Source of the DNA: Schmidtea polychroa
Taxonomy: Eukaryota
Length of the DNA stretch: 64,000 nucleotides
Assembly: GCA_044892525.1 (NCBI GenBank)
Contig: CM097885.1
Span: forward strand, 13,642,001-13,706,000
Direction: 5' to 3'
Of this stretch, positions 1 to 41,452 are shown in pieces (within the stretch, counting starts at the first letter, position 1; each line of letters begins with the position of its first letter). The translations under genes and the position numbers were made by a program. The notes beneath the pieces were generated by a model that saw only the letters and a program-made list of their open reading frames with translations, was not told the origin of the DNA and did no database searches.

Positions 1-2314
1 AGTTTATTATAGCATATTTCAATCTCTTAGGTATAAAAAAGCAAAGCAAATTAATAAAAAAAATAGCTCCGCGGTGCTGTCGATGTGTTTCTCCAAAATG
101 AAATAAGTGAAGAAAGGAAAAAGAAACGAAAGGGGAATCTTGCAATTTTATCATAAAAATACTCAATGTTTCTTTGGTGAAACGAATACTTTTAATTGCG
201 CGATATGGAATAAGAATGGGTTTATTAAACGTGATTCCTTTCAATGAACTTCTTAAGCTCGGTATTTCTAATAACTCATTTAGCGTTCAATAATGAACGT
301 TTATGGTGTTTTGATGAGTTATTTTTTGGCATGACAATTGATTTCTATTTTTTGTCGAATTTAGAAAAGAGTTTAGCACTTTTCTCCTGAGTTTTTTCCT
401 GATTTCATTTTGAATGAACTTGAGTCTGTAGATCAAATTTTTGCCATTGAGATTGACAATTTTAATAGACGACAATTTCTAAGTTTTAAGATAAGGTTCT
501 GGCTTAGAGAAATTAAATAAAGTAATAAATAATTAAACGAAAAATGTAAGCATAATTATTAAAGTTTTCGATGATTCAATAAACATATAAGATGTCATTA
601 AAAATCATCAATAAAAGTAAATTTAAGTGTAAAAGTCCAAAGTTTTGTAAGGATTGTTGGCACTTTCATGACTATTTTACTTCCTACAATCCGTGAACCT
701 TTGACAATGACCATGTTGGTAAAATACACAGTGGCTGAAAATTAATGGTGAGCTCCATTGCTACTCTTTATTACATTTTCACATTATTACACATTCATTT
801 CTAAGATAATTTATCCTTCTTGTTCATTATGATATGCTTTTCATTATCTGATGTTAATTAATGTTAATTCCAAAAATTTTCATCGAAGGTCTGTCATTAT
901 TTCTTCTTTTACTAATTTATTCCTGGATTGTTACTGGCTGAGTATGATTTTCTTTGTGAGCGTATATGCGAAAAAAAATGTTAGACATCCGACAGCCAGA
1001 CTTTGACGGTGATTTACTCTATTTCAAATCGATCTTGAATCTCAAGTCAAGCTCTCCGAAACTATAATTTCTCCTTATAGTCAATCAATCATAAATCAAT
1101 CTTTGAAGTTTGTTCTACCTAGATCCGAATCGAAGTTCCTATCACCAGCCCAACTCCGATAATTCGGTAAGTCAAGAACAGGTGCTTACCATCGGGTTGG
1201 AAAATTTCTGGTCAGTCGAAATATGATGGGCTAGTATGGCAGTCACTCGCTCTAGCATAAAGTTATAATAAGATTATACTTAAATTTACTAATTCACATT
1301 TGAGAGTTATATAGTATAGAATCGAATGGAGAACAATGGAAATTAAAAACTAGTTCGTGGATCTTTATCGGGAATAAATGAAAATAATTTCGGGAATGGT
1401 ATGATGTCATTAAGGGGTATATATCTAAATTATGAATACGTTTCAGATTATTTAACGCTCCTGGTGTGACACTGAAGGAAAATGAAGGAATTCCTGTCAG
1501 TCAGTTTGAACTTAAGAGAATATAAGGTTTAAGCCTTCTGGCAACCGTAATTCGATTTTCTCTAAACTCAAACTAGTTGTTACAGTTCCAAAGCCACTTT
1601 GTGACAGATACTATTTTGGCGGATCAAGTTGTGCGGTTTGTTGGTAGTATTCTACAAGAACTCAGCACAATCAACAGTTTGATGGCCGATAATATTGCGC
1701 TGCATAAAAAATATGAATTTTATAAAGCGTACAGAAGGCTAGCTCATAAGGTGGTCGGCACTCAGATCAACAATGTAACGTCTCGAACAAATGCACAACG
1801 CGTATAGAACTATCATGTAAAAATCAGACGGTTAAAGCTGTAACTATTTGTCTTTATTTCTAATTTTCAAACATGTGAAATTACTTTATTTGCTATAAGT
1901 ACCCCATTTTGGATTAACAAACAATCCCTAAGATTTTTAGTGGCAATTAATTTTCTAATTGTTATAAAAACGAAAGAAATTACAATATTTGAATTTTATA
2001 ATAAATTCAAAATTGAAGTATGAATCATAAAAAATTAATTTAACATACTTTTGTAAATTAAAAAACTGGTGTAATTTATATGATAAAATATTTGAAAAAT
2101 TTCATTTACAATATAAACATTTGTAATTTTTATTTGTTTAATTGAACTACTCAATTAGTATCCTAAGTTAAAAGTTTGAACCAAATTAAAAGTTTCACAA
2201 TTAAACATTTATAACATTAATTTTTATTAAAGATTTAATTTTCCAATAAACATTGATTGTCTATTGGATTTTCATAATTAACTGGAAACTTTTTATTGTT
2301 CACAAAAGTTAATC

Positions 2315-28911
<26,597 letters not shown>

Positions 28912-29279
28912 AATGTAAATATACAATATTTTTTGTTAGTTGAATTTAGTTATTATTTTTATCATTATCTTTATAAACATTATTATTCAATTGTGTATTA
29001 CTCTACACGCATTCACCCGAGCTGTACCGAGACAGTTCATTCATTTACTCAGCCGGGCTCTACAAACCTCCTCACAACACACGCATAAACGAACAAAAAC
29101 ATAAGATACATATTTATAATAATATACGTATATTTAATCACAACTTAGTTATATAACGTACCAACATATAATCGAGAACAAATACTTAAGCGAGAAAATA
29201 CCTCATAACAGTTACAATTTCGATTATCCGATAATAGTTTTCAACAAAAGTAAGTCACTTTAGTATTGGCATTTAAGAA

Positions 29280-29610
29280 ATGTCAGGGCCCTACAAGTTC
29301 AAAAAAACAAGATTTTGAGAACTCAAAGTTTATCTTTGACAGGTGGTCCTAATCTCTCATTTTTTGCTACAAAGCTTTCTTCAAATGAAGCTGACTTGTC
29401 CAGATAGTTACCATTAATTTTAGCCCAGCCATTACTAACCCACTTGACTATTTCTTGTAGCTTCGGTTTTACAAAGTTCCCCTTTTCGTTTCTCATGGTT
29501 ACGAAATTTACTACCGCTTATATTCGGAGGGTCGCTTATTTTTTTTACAAGCAAAAAAACACGCTACCTCTTATATTCGGGATGCCGCTTATAAAAAGAA
29601 AAACACGATA
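29280..29610 (-). pseudogene. pogo/Tigger-like transposase C-terminal relic
   Basis: GNFVKPKLQEIVKWVSNGWAKI, next to repeated CGCTTATATTCGG subterminal-type motifs. Confidence 0.5.
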
Positions 29611-30443
29611 AGGAGGAAGTTAGTGTATCTCTACAGCATGACCATCCGGTGTACCCTTACCTAATATTTTTCGACTATATTACCGAATTTCATATTGTGG
29701 TATGTTGGGAGGCATGGTGTAGAATGCAAGAATTGAATTAATAATCGTGGTAGCTCAATGGTGTACACTGTACATCAACCGAGGATGGCAGATCCCCGTA
29801 AAATTATGTTTCTATTTTATGAATGGCTAAAATTATGGAGTTTTTCGAATATTGATTCATGATATCAATTATTGTTTGTTTGGTCTTACTAAAAATTATT
29901 CTACTATAAATAGATCAATGAAATTATTAGTAGCTTAATCGGTTATTTTGAATGTTGAGTACAGGTTCGTTCTACGGGGTCGAAATATTTCTTCGTTATA
30001 ATCGATAGTTAATCGCGGAACAATTGAGTCAGAAAATCTTTCTGGTTATTATCAACCCACTTAAATATAATTAAACTTTGATTCAAATCCAACACTGGGT
30101 TATAGTTTGAATAATTGGCAATCTAAGATAACATAAATTTTAATGTTTGACTACGTAGATTATCCTAGAGTATCTTATAATAAATACACATAATATATCT
30201 ATGATACCTAACTATCATTTCGTTTTGGTTCCAGAATATTATTTTGGTAAATTCTTCTCATTAAATTACAAAGATCTTGTTTTAACCCAGATTAGTTGAT
30301 TCAAGGGAAGAAAATTCTACTTATGAACAACGATCAGCAATCTTTCTATCATCACACATGAGTCTCTTAGTCAAACAGGGTTGAATACCAAACGAATTGT
30401 TTTAATTTCTTATTAATTGATTAAAATTACGACATGAGTAATA

Positions 30444-30543
<100 letters not shown>

Positions 30544-30900
30544 CATGAGTTATTGGGCATAAATTGTCGGGAGCCGCAAGAGCATTTACATTTTAATACT
30601 AAAACTATTAGAAAAAATGTCAGCTAAACGACCGACTGAAGGTACTTAACGAGCAGGTCCCGAAAATGGCAGGACATGGGTCCGTCCCAAGGCTTTGCAG
30701 AAAAGTACAGCTCAAGCAACAAGGGACTCGGAAGCATCAGTACTTTATCGGCCAATACATAGTCGAAAAGAGTGATGACAAAGATGGTGAGACAACTACT
30801 GGACCTGAATGCACCGCCTACCTCCAACTCTCGAATGATGATCAATTGGAGAAAAGCGGTAAATTACAATAAGTCGAAATTTATAACGAACCTAACATTT

Positions 30901-30918
30901 TGGTGAGCCTGACGTGAT
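30901..30918 (+). promoter_or_regulatory. Primer binding site, tRNA-Trp-like
   Basis: TGGTGAGCCTGACGTGAT, two mismatches from the canonical Trp PBS TGGTGACCCCGACGTGAT, 3 nt after the LTR-terminal CA. Confidence 0.7.
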
Positions 30919-33199
30919 AAAACTATATCAGTGGGCAGAATCTTGATAATAACTAGATCCAGAATAAAAATCAATAACTAAATGGCAGAAAACCATAACG
31001 AGAGTGCATCTTCTAGATATCCCGCTCTGCCCGTAAAGGCATTCAGTGGTGATCCAGGAGCATTTACAGAGTTCATGTCAGAATATTATCAGATGGCAAG
31101 AGCATATGCCTATCCAGATAATATTATGATACAGAGATTACCCATATATTTGAACGGGCTTGCTAGAGAAAATTACAATGATATAATAGCATTGCCAGCT
31201 GTTCAAGTACCTAAAACATGGGCTGAAATGAAAGAAGCAATGACTGCTCGAATATTGCCCGGGGATGCGGGAAGAATTTTCAGACAACAGTTTTATCATC
31301 TAAAACAAAATGCCAATGAACTTGGGGGAGAATTTGCACACCAGTTATCATTAATTGTGGAAAGGGCATTTGGTCCAAAAATCACATGAGCAAAGCCAAC
31401 AGAATTATTAGTCAAGAATCATTTATTGGCAGGACTTACTCCTACAATGAATAGCGCCCTAATATTGCACACCAGTGATGATTTTGACGAATTGACCTGG
31501 AAAGCAGTCATAATCGAAAGTAGCTTTGAGAAATTAACTAAGTTCATGGTAAACAGCTAGAGGACACCAGTAGACAAGGGAATAGAAAAGAGCATATAGC
31601 GAAAGACTGTACCAGTAGGAGAGCGATGGACAATTGAAAAGGTATACAATATACCAAGTGTGGTCGAAATAACCACGTCGTGGAAAACTGTAAGGTTCGA
31701 AATTTACAATATAGAAAGTGTAAACGCAAGGAGCACACGTTGCTAGAGTCTGCAAGACTAGAGGTCCTCAGAATAGCAAAGGTTTTAGTACGATAAAAAG
31801 AGATGAATTTAAATTCGTCCGGTAAGATAAAGTGTTACGGATGCAGAAAATTCGGACATGTGATGAGGTTATGTTCTCAGAGTTGGAGTAACAACACAGG
31901 GCAGTTCAATAAACATACTTATAAGGGTAATTTGAATAAATCAAAGACGACATTTATGGTTAACCAGGGTCAAGGATTGACCTATTTGCAACCACTGGAA
32001 ATGGAAATCCAGGAGGAAAAGAATAGATTAGCGAGACTGACAAACCAAGAAGATAGCATCTTCATGGTAAATGTTGGGAAAGATGAAGTTAAAGCATTTA
32101 GAAACATGGGCTCCGATAGAGAGACCTATGAGGAAACTGAATCAGAAAGTGATTCCGATAATGAACCTAGTATGTGAAAGCAAGGTAAAAGCAAAGGTAA
32201 AAGAAGGGTCGGACTCCCTAACGAAATGTATGAAACTGGTGGATTCCAGATACGAGTACTAGCAGTAGCTGGCCAGACAATTAGAAAAATTGGGAGAAAC
32301 AGAGATTAGAACTAATGAGATCGATACAGTAGTGAAACTGATATCGCCGGTCGAAGATAACCCAAGGTCATAATCTGGGTTAATTATTATCTCGGCATTT
32401 GGATGACGGCAAACAAATTTTGAGAAAGGGAAAATACTCCCAAAAACAATTTATGAAGTCGTAGAAGAAGCCATAAATAATGGCAACCCAGGAACAGGAA
32501 ACATGAAAAGCATGATCCTGATGTTTTTAGTAATGATGGGTATTAAGAAGTTTATAATTATGTACTTGTATATCGTAAAAACTATATTTATATATTTATA
32601 TACTTGTATATTTTTGTGTTAAAAGAAATTTGTGAGAACCCATCAGAGTCTCCTTTAAAACTTGTTTTGGGACTTCTGGGATGCTTGTATGTAGAATGCT
32701 TGTAGATGATTTAGTGACAATTAAAATAAATATTTACTATAACAGAAAATAAAAAAAAATTTAGTTAAATTAATTTAACAAACTTTTATTCAATAAATCT
32801 TAAAAACCTTAACTCGCCAAGGGCGCCCTTCAATAATCGTCCGATTGAAGTAATTACAATTAGTATAGTAATATCCAGGCTTGAATAATTTACGATTTTA
32901 TTAATCCGATCTTCGTGAGTTAATTTTCTTTAATTTGATTATCGTTTTCTTTTTTTAAATTTATTTCGTTTCTGGTAGCTCCTTTTATTCTTTTCGTATT
33001 GCTTAGTTTCTTCTTTCTATGGTAATTTTCACTTTCAATTTTTCTATTGATTGTTTGTTGATTTAGTTTTTAAAATTTTATTTTTTTGTAGTTTGTAATT
33101 TTAATTCTAATTATAAAAAAAACAACAACAAATACACAATAAAAATAAAAACTCACATTACAAAAGCGCACATCACAATGTGATATATTGAAACAAACC

Positions 33200-33662
33200 A
33201 ACTTACTGACAACATTTGAATGTAGTAATCCCAAACTATCTCGGATCTATTCGCTAGTAGATGCAATTGAGTGCAAAGAGGCGTATCCGGAGAAAGTTCA
33301 TCAAGGTGAATAGGTGGAATATTACTTATATCAGGAAAACGAGTTCTATAGAACCAGATAAAGGAATGTAGAGTTCAGAGAGCCACGTTTGAATATTATT
33401 TCGTAAGCCAAAGCTGTTTGGCTTTCTATCAGCAACATTAATCTCAAGGCCGGTAAATATTTTGCCAGAAGACTGTCTTGACGCATTTTGAAAAGGAAGT
33501 GTGAGAACAGATAATGAAGTGTCGATCTCGGCGGAAATTGGAAAAATGTTAGGAATAACGATTACTCGAGGTGGAACAATTGCCTCGGAAAGAACTTGCG
33601 AAGGAAGAAAGAAATTTCGCGGTAGCAATCTAGTTGATTTTGTGGAAGATATCAAAGACTAG
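33200..33662 (+). pseudogene. Envelope glycoprotein-like relic (chuvirus-G/gB-type N-terminal cysteine pattern)
   Basis: TFECSNPK...YSLVDAIEC...YLYQE...KECRVQR...ILPEDCLDAF*KG...GGTIASERTCEG; stops and frameshifts. Confidence 0.5.
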
Positions 33663-36651
33663 TCAGTGAACTACGGGAGTGTTGGGGTGCTGCTTGGTCG
33701 ATTTCAACTTTTAATACTTGTCAAGAGGATGGCGGTCTCTTACATTAACGTCTCTCGCATTTTCGTCAACCTCAAGCAGTACTCCAAATGACTGCTCTCA
33801 CGGCATGATACCCATGAATTTCTTCACGTTGGTACTGTATCATGACGGCGAGGTATCAGAAAACAGGTGAGTCCCTGCCTTAGGACTACTCTTTCCTGAT
33901 AACTCGATTTACTCTTCCCAGACGGCCGATAGAAGGACTTATGTCTGATTTCCCTCACACATTACCGACGACCTTGATTTCCTATCCCCTCTGAACACAC
34001 TTTCGTCCACCAGCCGATATCTAAGTAAATTAATACAAATTGTCATCACCATTAGAAATGCTAAGCTTAACAGTTAACGTGACAAGACTCATTCCTAACG
34101 AAACAACAATAAAAATAAAAGTTAATCGACATACCGTTAACGCAATGATCGATTCAGGAGCAGATGGTACCATAATTGAGGCAAAAAGGTTGAACCAACA
34201 TGAATTGCAGTCTTTGAAACCGGCAGGAGTATTATTAACAGGAGCATATGGATCCTCCCTAAACTTAATAGGATCATTATCATGTCAGATTAAGCTGAGT
34301 GACCAAGAGCTTCATCACGATATCATAGTGATGAGAAGCTTTCCAGGAGCGAAAGTCTATTGGAAATGAACATCTTAAAAAGATTAAAAGGAGTAGTATT
34401 CGATTGTGCAACTGGTTTGCTAATCCAAGCAAAAGAGGAAAATGTACAATGATGAAACAGCATAATTAGACCATACGACTATCATACCACCCAGAGCAGA
34501 AATCGTATGCTTTGTACCCACAAGTAATAGTTGGGAAAGTGAAGTTGTATTCGAACAAGACGAGAAGTTCTCGGAGAAATGCAATATACCAGTTATTCAT
34601 ACCGTAAGTATAATAGTCAATGGCAGAATTGAGTTAGCCAATTTGGACGTAAGGCTAATATACTTGTGTAGAGTTTCGAAGCGGAATGAATCACAAGCCA
34701 CTGGAGAAGGATCGATACTCACAATAAAAGCAGAGGTAAGAGACCCAGATATCGATTATTATGATACTCCTACGTCCAGTAGCAAGATTCTTACCAGAAA
34801 AGAAAACATCCAAGTGAATATGTTATTGCGAAAATACGACTAAGTGTTTGCTTAACACGAATATGATCTGGAAAAGACAAACTTGCTAGAAAATGACATT
34901 GTTCTCACCAAAACGAAACCTATCTCAACTATCATGATAGAAAACCGAAGGAGCATGGCATGATGGTCAGATATAGATATGTAGATAGAAAGTCACTACA
35001 ACAAGTAAGGCTTATCACCGAAACTTATGTGGAATATTAAAGGGCCTTACTAGGTACCGCGAACTATAGATACAAGTTTCATTTTACAATTAGTAGCCAA
35101 CCAAAAAACCTAACCAATAATGGTACATGCCAACCGGCGCAAGAAGTGTATAGTTCAAACAAAGGAGATTCCCACAAATTCAAAAGCGAAATCTAAAGAT
35201 ACACCGGTAAAACATAAACCGATATCCGCTGCGGTCGCGTGGTGTTTCTAAATCATTCACTTTTATAGTGATTCTAAACTGCATGATAATGATAGGACAA
35301 GCGGATAATTGAGCATTCCTTCGACCTATTGCAACAACTTGCATTTTACCAGAACCTAACAAAGAATCTGCATTTCATAACGTGTGATAACAAAACGAAA
35401 TTCAATCTTACGATGAATACCTAAGGGCACGCAAATTAAATTCTGATAACCTAGAATGGTTTGTCAAAGACTTGAAGTTCCGTGAAGATTACAAGAGGCA
35501 TATTGTAGTATCGCGGTTCGTGTGGAACAGTTGGGCCACTTCCCTGGCATCTCGTTGGATACTTACAACTGTGGATTTCGCAAATCTCATATCGATACAA
35601 TATATATATTATACATCTATTGTTTTTAAGATTACATTTTATGTGTCAATTACTCCAATTACTTGAACACTTTCAATTGTTGAATTTTATGGAATCTTTT
35701 TTAAGATCCGAAATTTCTTTCTAGTGACTATTTTTCTAGCTATATACCACTTATTTTATTCTAAATGTAACGCCAAAAGATTTGTGTGAAATAGTATTGT
35801 CGAAATTCTACAGTTTTCACATATCAAAATATTACTTCGTAAGACTTATTAACTTTGAATAGAACGATATTCATATAATAGTAACCTTAAGTTTCGAATT
35901 AAAATATGTTACTTGTACATTTCATTGTATATTTAGATCAAATTTAAATTATGTATGTAGCATATATAGCGAAATTTTTTATCTATTAATAATGTATACC
36001 AAATTTTCCACGCGCAATTCTTCACCAACTCAACTTCCGAAAATAACCACGAATAGAATAACACGATATATTTCACCTATCCGTTTAAACTTACTCAATT
36101 TCAATCGATTTTCTAAATATTATCAAATTTTAATAAACAAAAAATCAATACAGAGTGCTAATTCAATCTCGATCGATAGTAAAACTAAATTATCGGATTT
36201 TAAACAAACAACCAAAACAAAATCGAAAAACAACAACAGTAATAAAAAAAAATTCACTCAATTCTATTCATGAAATTTCCGCGCCGCAAAAAATAAATCG
36301 ATTATTATTATTATTAATAATAATAATTATTATTATTGACCTTTTGAATAAGGAAAAATGCATTGATTAAAATAAAAATATTTTTCGTTCATATATTGGA
36401 AATCTTCAGTTTGGTATTATAATATTCTCGAACTCAATTCAATTGCAAAGAACCTGAATATTTTTAAGGCAACAATTTATATAAATTAAAAACTTGTACA
36501 CAAGATAAATTACAATTTAATAGAATGCATAAATTAATTTTCTTTTAAATTAATTCTGTCACAGAAAGTGATGTATCACGACGCATGTATATAATATATA
36601 TGTATATATATGTGTATATATAATATATATGTATATATAACTTGCAATTAA

Positions 36652-39600
36652 TTATGAGCTGCTGCTGCTGCTGCTGTGGCTGTTGTTGCTATCTTTCTGC
36701 TTTTCACTAAATGATGGTTCAAATGATGAGCGGTCTTTTGAATAAGACGCTAGATATTCTTGTCTAGAATTTTCCAGCACAATCGCCAACACATCCTCCT
36801 CATCCATATCTAAGATTAAATATATCCAAATAACAAATCCAATCAATGAAATTCTCTACCGAGCATTTCAACTGGCATATGGCGAAGGATATTGTCATCG
36901 ACGCTTTTAATTACTCTAGAGTGATCTCGTGCATCTCCTCCAGAGTAACTACACGAGGCTGAGCTTGATGAAGGTGATGTTGGTCTTTTATGCTTTTCTT
37001 TAATGGGTTTTTTAATCAAATTAGATTCGTCGGACTTTTTATTCTGAAATTGCATCCATCAAGTTAATCATGTCAATTGCAATTTAAATCGCGATTGGAA
37101 GAAATAAATATTAGAAAATAATTACATTACATGGGTTTTTAGTTTTTATTGAAAATTGAATTTATTTATAATTTGTAATAGATTTTCACTAATATTGAAA
37201 TAAAAATATCAATTTGTCGATTAAAATTAATGTTATTATAAAAATCCAATAATTTAGCATTTAAATTAAAAAAATTTTTTATTGATTTTAATTGCAATTT
37301 AACTATAGTCAGGTATTTCTGGCTATTTAGTTCAGACATCCTACACGAAAAAGATGTATTTTTTGACGACAAACAAGAATTCTTACAAAAAATTGTGGAA
37401 AGGATTTTTTAGTCTTTTTTCGTTTTAAGGAACATTTTGAACGCAACATAATTTATCGAGACATCCTTCATAAAAAGTTCATAATATATGTCAATTGCAA
37501 TTTAAATCGCGATTGGACGAAAGAAATAATAGAAAATTCTTTTTTATTATTTTTTTAATTAGTTTTTATTGAAAATTGAATTTATTTATATTTTATAATT
37601 GATTTTCAGATAATATTGAAATAAAAATATCAAGTCGATTAAAATTACATTTATTAAAAAATGAATAATTTAGTATTCAAATCATTTTAATTAAAATTTT
37701 AATTTATTGATTTTAAGTGCAATTTGATTATAGTTTTTGGTTTTCTTCATTTTCTTAATATTGAGACTATATTTGGTCCAGACATTCTACACGAAAAAGA
37801 TATTCTTTGACGACAAATAAGAATTCTTACAAAAATTGTAGAAAAGATTTTCGATTTTCGTTTTAAGGAACATTTTTGGGAACATAAGGAACGCGACATA
37901 ATTTATAGAAACATTCTTCATAAAAAAGTTGCGTCTTGATTCAAATAAGAAAATTCCTTAAATAAATTCTCCGAAAGTTTCTTGGTTCTCCTATATATCA
38001 AGAAAATGCAATCAATCTTTATTTTTTGCTATCTTGAGAACGCGACATAATTTATCGTCAGATAATTGAGTTACAATTTTAAAATTAGGCCTTTTTCAAA
38101 GTGAAATAAAACATTGAAGTTGAAAGAAAAATTCATGAAACATAAATTGTTTGATTGAAAAAATATCGATCATATATGGGTAGAAAAACTTCTTACAAAA
38201 TTTAAATAGAACCTGAATTTTTTCTTATAAATTTGAATAATTTAGAAATCTTTGAACCAAATTTAGCTTTTAAGACTTCCTAGAAAATTTTAAAATGAAA
38301 ATGATTGGTCATTGGATATATCGTTGGTTTACAAGCAAAATTCACTAAGTACATTTTCCAAGATTTTGATTTTTTGTACTAAATTAAATCATTATAATGC
38401 CAACTTTTTTTATAAGTCGTAAATTGATATTGTTGAGGTTTTTAGGCGGACATTTATTGCACTAAGTCAATCGTGCTATTATAATACAATCAGAAATATC
38501 GATTTACTAAAAACTATGTTTTTTGACTTAGTGATTTCTGCTTTTAAACCGACGATATGAAATATGTCAAGAAATCGATTTTATGATATTTTGAGATGTT
38601 TTTTTTTAAATTTTTTAAATGTGTAAAATGAAGTAATATTTCAAATAAATTTAATTAATAATTTGATTATTTGACTGATTTGAAATTTTGGACTATTTGA
38701 AATTTTGGCACCTATTCAAAAATCATATTTCAAATTTTAATATTTTTCAATAAATATTTGAATTGCAATATCAATTTTGTCATTAAATAATCAATATTTT
38801 TCAAATTATTTCCTACCAATCGGAGTCAACATTAAAAGTATAAGATGATGCAAATTACGAGTCCATATTGATTTTATATGCGTAATTGTTGCATTTGTTT
38901 TCTATGTTACTATTTATAGACGTGCCAATTTATGTAATTCTTAACAATAACACTGAAGAGATTTTCGGCTTCTATTTGGGTTTCTGTTGCTGAAAGGTGG
39001 TTTCGATATTTTTGAAGGTGCTAAGGAATATTTTCTCCCCCCATAGCAACGGTTCCATTTAGCATGACAACTAGATATTCACCCTTCATACGTCAATTAT
39101 TCATTATCACAATGCCCCCTTGATATTTTCTCCCTTAGCAACGGTTCCATTCAGTATGACAACTAGATTTTAGAAATTTTGAGTGGCATTGAAGGAATTG
39201 TAATCAAATAGAAAACTCAAATGTAAAAGAAATCACTCAAGATTTACCAAAAATCAATAAATGTCTCCTGTTTATTGTATATTTTCACTAATCAGAACAT
39301 CGTTAGATCAATGTGAAATTTTAAAGCGGTATTTCAAAAGCCAGTTTGATTGCCACCAATATGTGATGGCGATGATATTTAGATCAATAAATTCAATATT
39401 ATCACAAATTTTCCGCACACCCTTAATTGGTCATATATATATATATATATATATTGGAATGATAATTATAATGATTACTATTAATATAATATGAATATTT
39501 TATTAATAATTAATCATTAAAATTTAAATTGATTCCTAAAATTAAATATTAATTAATATAATTATTACAACCATTCCTTTCTTATCACCGTTTGATAATT

Positions 39601-41452
39601 TCTATTTATTATCCTCCGCTGAGAGCACCCAATATGAAAATTTGGATCAATGGATTTAACAGTGGAATCCTTACTGTTGTTCTTCGTGTAATACAAATGA
39701 ACTTAATTGAACCGTTGATCCTACTAATGGTAGTTTATATCTAATTTCCAACAACCATTGCAATAGTTTCATCCAAAATTTATATTATTTAATCACCTCC
39801 CATTGATCAACTATTCATTATCATAATTCTCCCTTAATATTTTCTCCCTCATGGCAACGATTCCAACTAAATATTCACCTATCATTGGTCAACTATTCAT
39901 TATCACAATGCCATCTTAATATGTTCTCCCAAATATCAACGGTTCCATTAAGCATGACAACTAAATATTCACCCTCTCATTCGTCATAATGTTCCCAAAT
40001 ATGTTCTCCCTACCCCATAGCAACCGTTCCATCCCACATCACTATTGATTATGTGTATACATAAATAAAACATATAGCGCAAAAGCCCTCTTGCTGTCAT
40101 CATCATATATTATCAATAATAATCACCTTAGAGCTCAAAAACTGTAAATATTCCAAATATGATTCCTTAGCTACTTGCTCCGCTATGCTTCTTTCTATTG
40201 CTTGATTTTCCGATTGCAAAATTCGATTCTGTAATATCGTTTCTTCAATCTCGATATTTTCTGATTCGTTCTTCGCTTTTTCTACTAATTCCGGCTCAGA
40301 AAGCTGAAGTGAAATTTTCTCCATAATATGCATGAAATTAATTCGTATTTACCCTTGGTTGATAATTAGGCATTCCAAGGCCTTCTCCGAAAGTAGGATT
40401 TTGTGGATCGACTATTGAATTATAATGAATCCCACCGTGATAACTCAATCGAAGTGGTGGTAAATCATTATATTCCCGATGAAAGACATTAATAGGTTCC
40501 AAGGAATTGTGATATATTTCAACAGGACGATTGTACAACTCAGAAATGGCTTGAATTTCCACGTGATTTCCATGAGTATGGGAATCGAGTTTTCTAATTA
40601 AATAATGTTCAAAATCTTCTGAAATAAATTGTGAAAAATGTTCTCGATTTTGTTTCTATTAATAAATTAATAACGATTTTTTTTAATTTATCCCAACCAT
40701 GTAATTAATAACTTGTTCCCTAATAATCATATGTTTTTCTTCATCACCAAAAATCTGATGTGCTAATAAATAAATATTCTCACAAAGAATACACAAATAA
40801 ATTACTTACCAACTGCTCTAAATAAGCAAGCCCCATCTGATCCAACAACGATAATTTTCCATCCTTTCTTTTCTTTCAGAAGAGTGCTCATTTGACTTTC
40901 TTCAACTTGAAATGGAACTTGAGAACGACTACCAGTAGCCATATAATACTCATCTTCACTGTTGTTGCCACTATTCTCATTAAAAATATCAGTGACTTTA
41001 TTACGCCTATCAGTTAGTTTTTGTGGGTTAATACAATCACCTTGAAACAGTGATCTCGGTCTCTTCGGCAAACTTGGCTGGGAATCATAGTTATATAAAC
41101 GTAAATCAGGATTGAACGAAAGAACATGATTATCAACCGGAAGCTGTCTTCTTGAAACCGGGAAATGTGAATTCGAATCACTTGCCGTAGCACCGTAATT
41201 AAAGTGATTGTGGGGATATCGAGAACCTTTGTCATTTCTGTCATTCTCTGATGGCCTTTCATGTTTTGAACGCTCTTTTTTGTATTTTTTTATAGTCATT
41301 TCGTCCTCGTCTTCAGATTTATATACAGATAAATTTGCAAGTAAATTGGATATTATATTATCTAATCTATCGTCACTATTTTCACAATCAGATGAATTTG
41401 AAGAATCTAAATCAGGCTGTGTTAGTTTGGCGTCAAAATATGAATGGACCAT
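36652..41452 (-). CDS. OTUD5: OTU domain-containing deubiquitinase 5 (DUBA); predicted exons 41452(or 41299)-40810, 40762-40698, 40655-40353, 40303-40127, 37043-36860, 36809-36652
   Basis: Catalytic DGACLFRAV, GNHVEIQAISELYNRPVEIY, LSYHGGIHYNSIVDP, GEGLGMP, EQVAKESYLEYL and C-terminal UIM DEEDVLAIVLENSRQEYL; GT-AG introns in phase. An extra small exon in the 3-kb intron cannot be excluded. Confidence 0.92.
37068..37930. repeat. Tandem duplication of a ~420-bp dispersed repeat (related inverted copy near 10500-10660)
   Basis: ATGTCAATTGCAATTTAAATCGCGATTGGA at ~37070 and ~37488; ACACGAAAAAGAT...GACGACAAA..AAGAATTCTTACAAAA in both units and reversed near 10600-10650. Confidence 0.7.
39025..40035. 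repeat. Degenerate ~80-95-bp repeat units in two clusters within the OTUD5 intron
   Basis: Recurrent TTCTCCC...AGCAACGGTTCCAT...ATGACAACTA and ATTCATTATCACAATGCC at 39030-39170 and 39810-40030. Confidence 0.65.

Noticed and set aside
287..1807. ORFs 287-475 and 1577-1807, and a possible solo LTR near 980-1250
   Set aside because: No recognisable motifs or consistent splice pattern; only a TGTTAGA-like end was seen, with no partner end or TSD.
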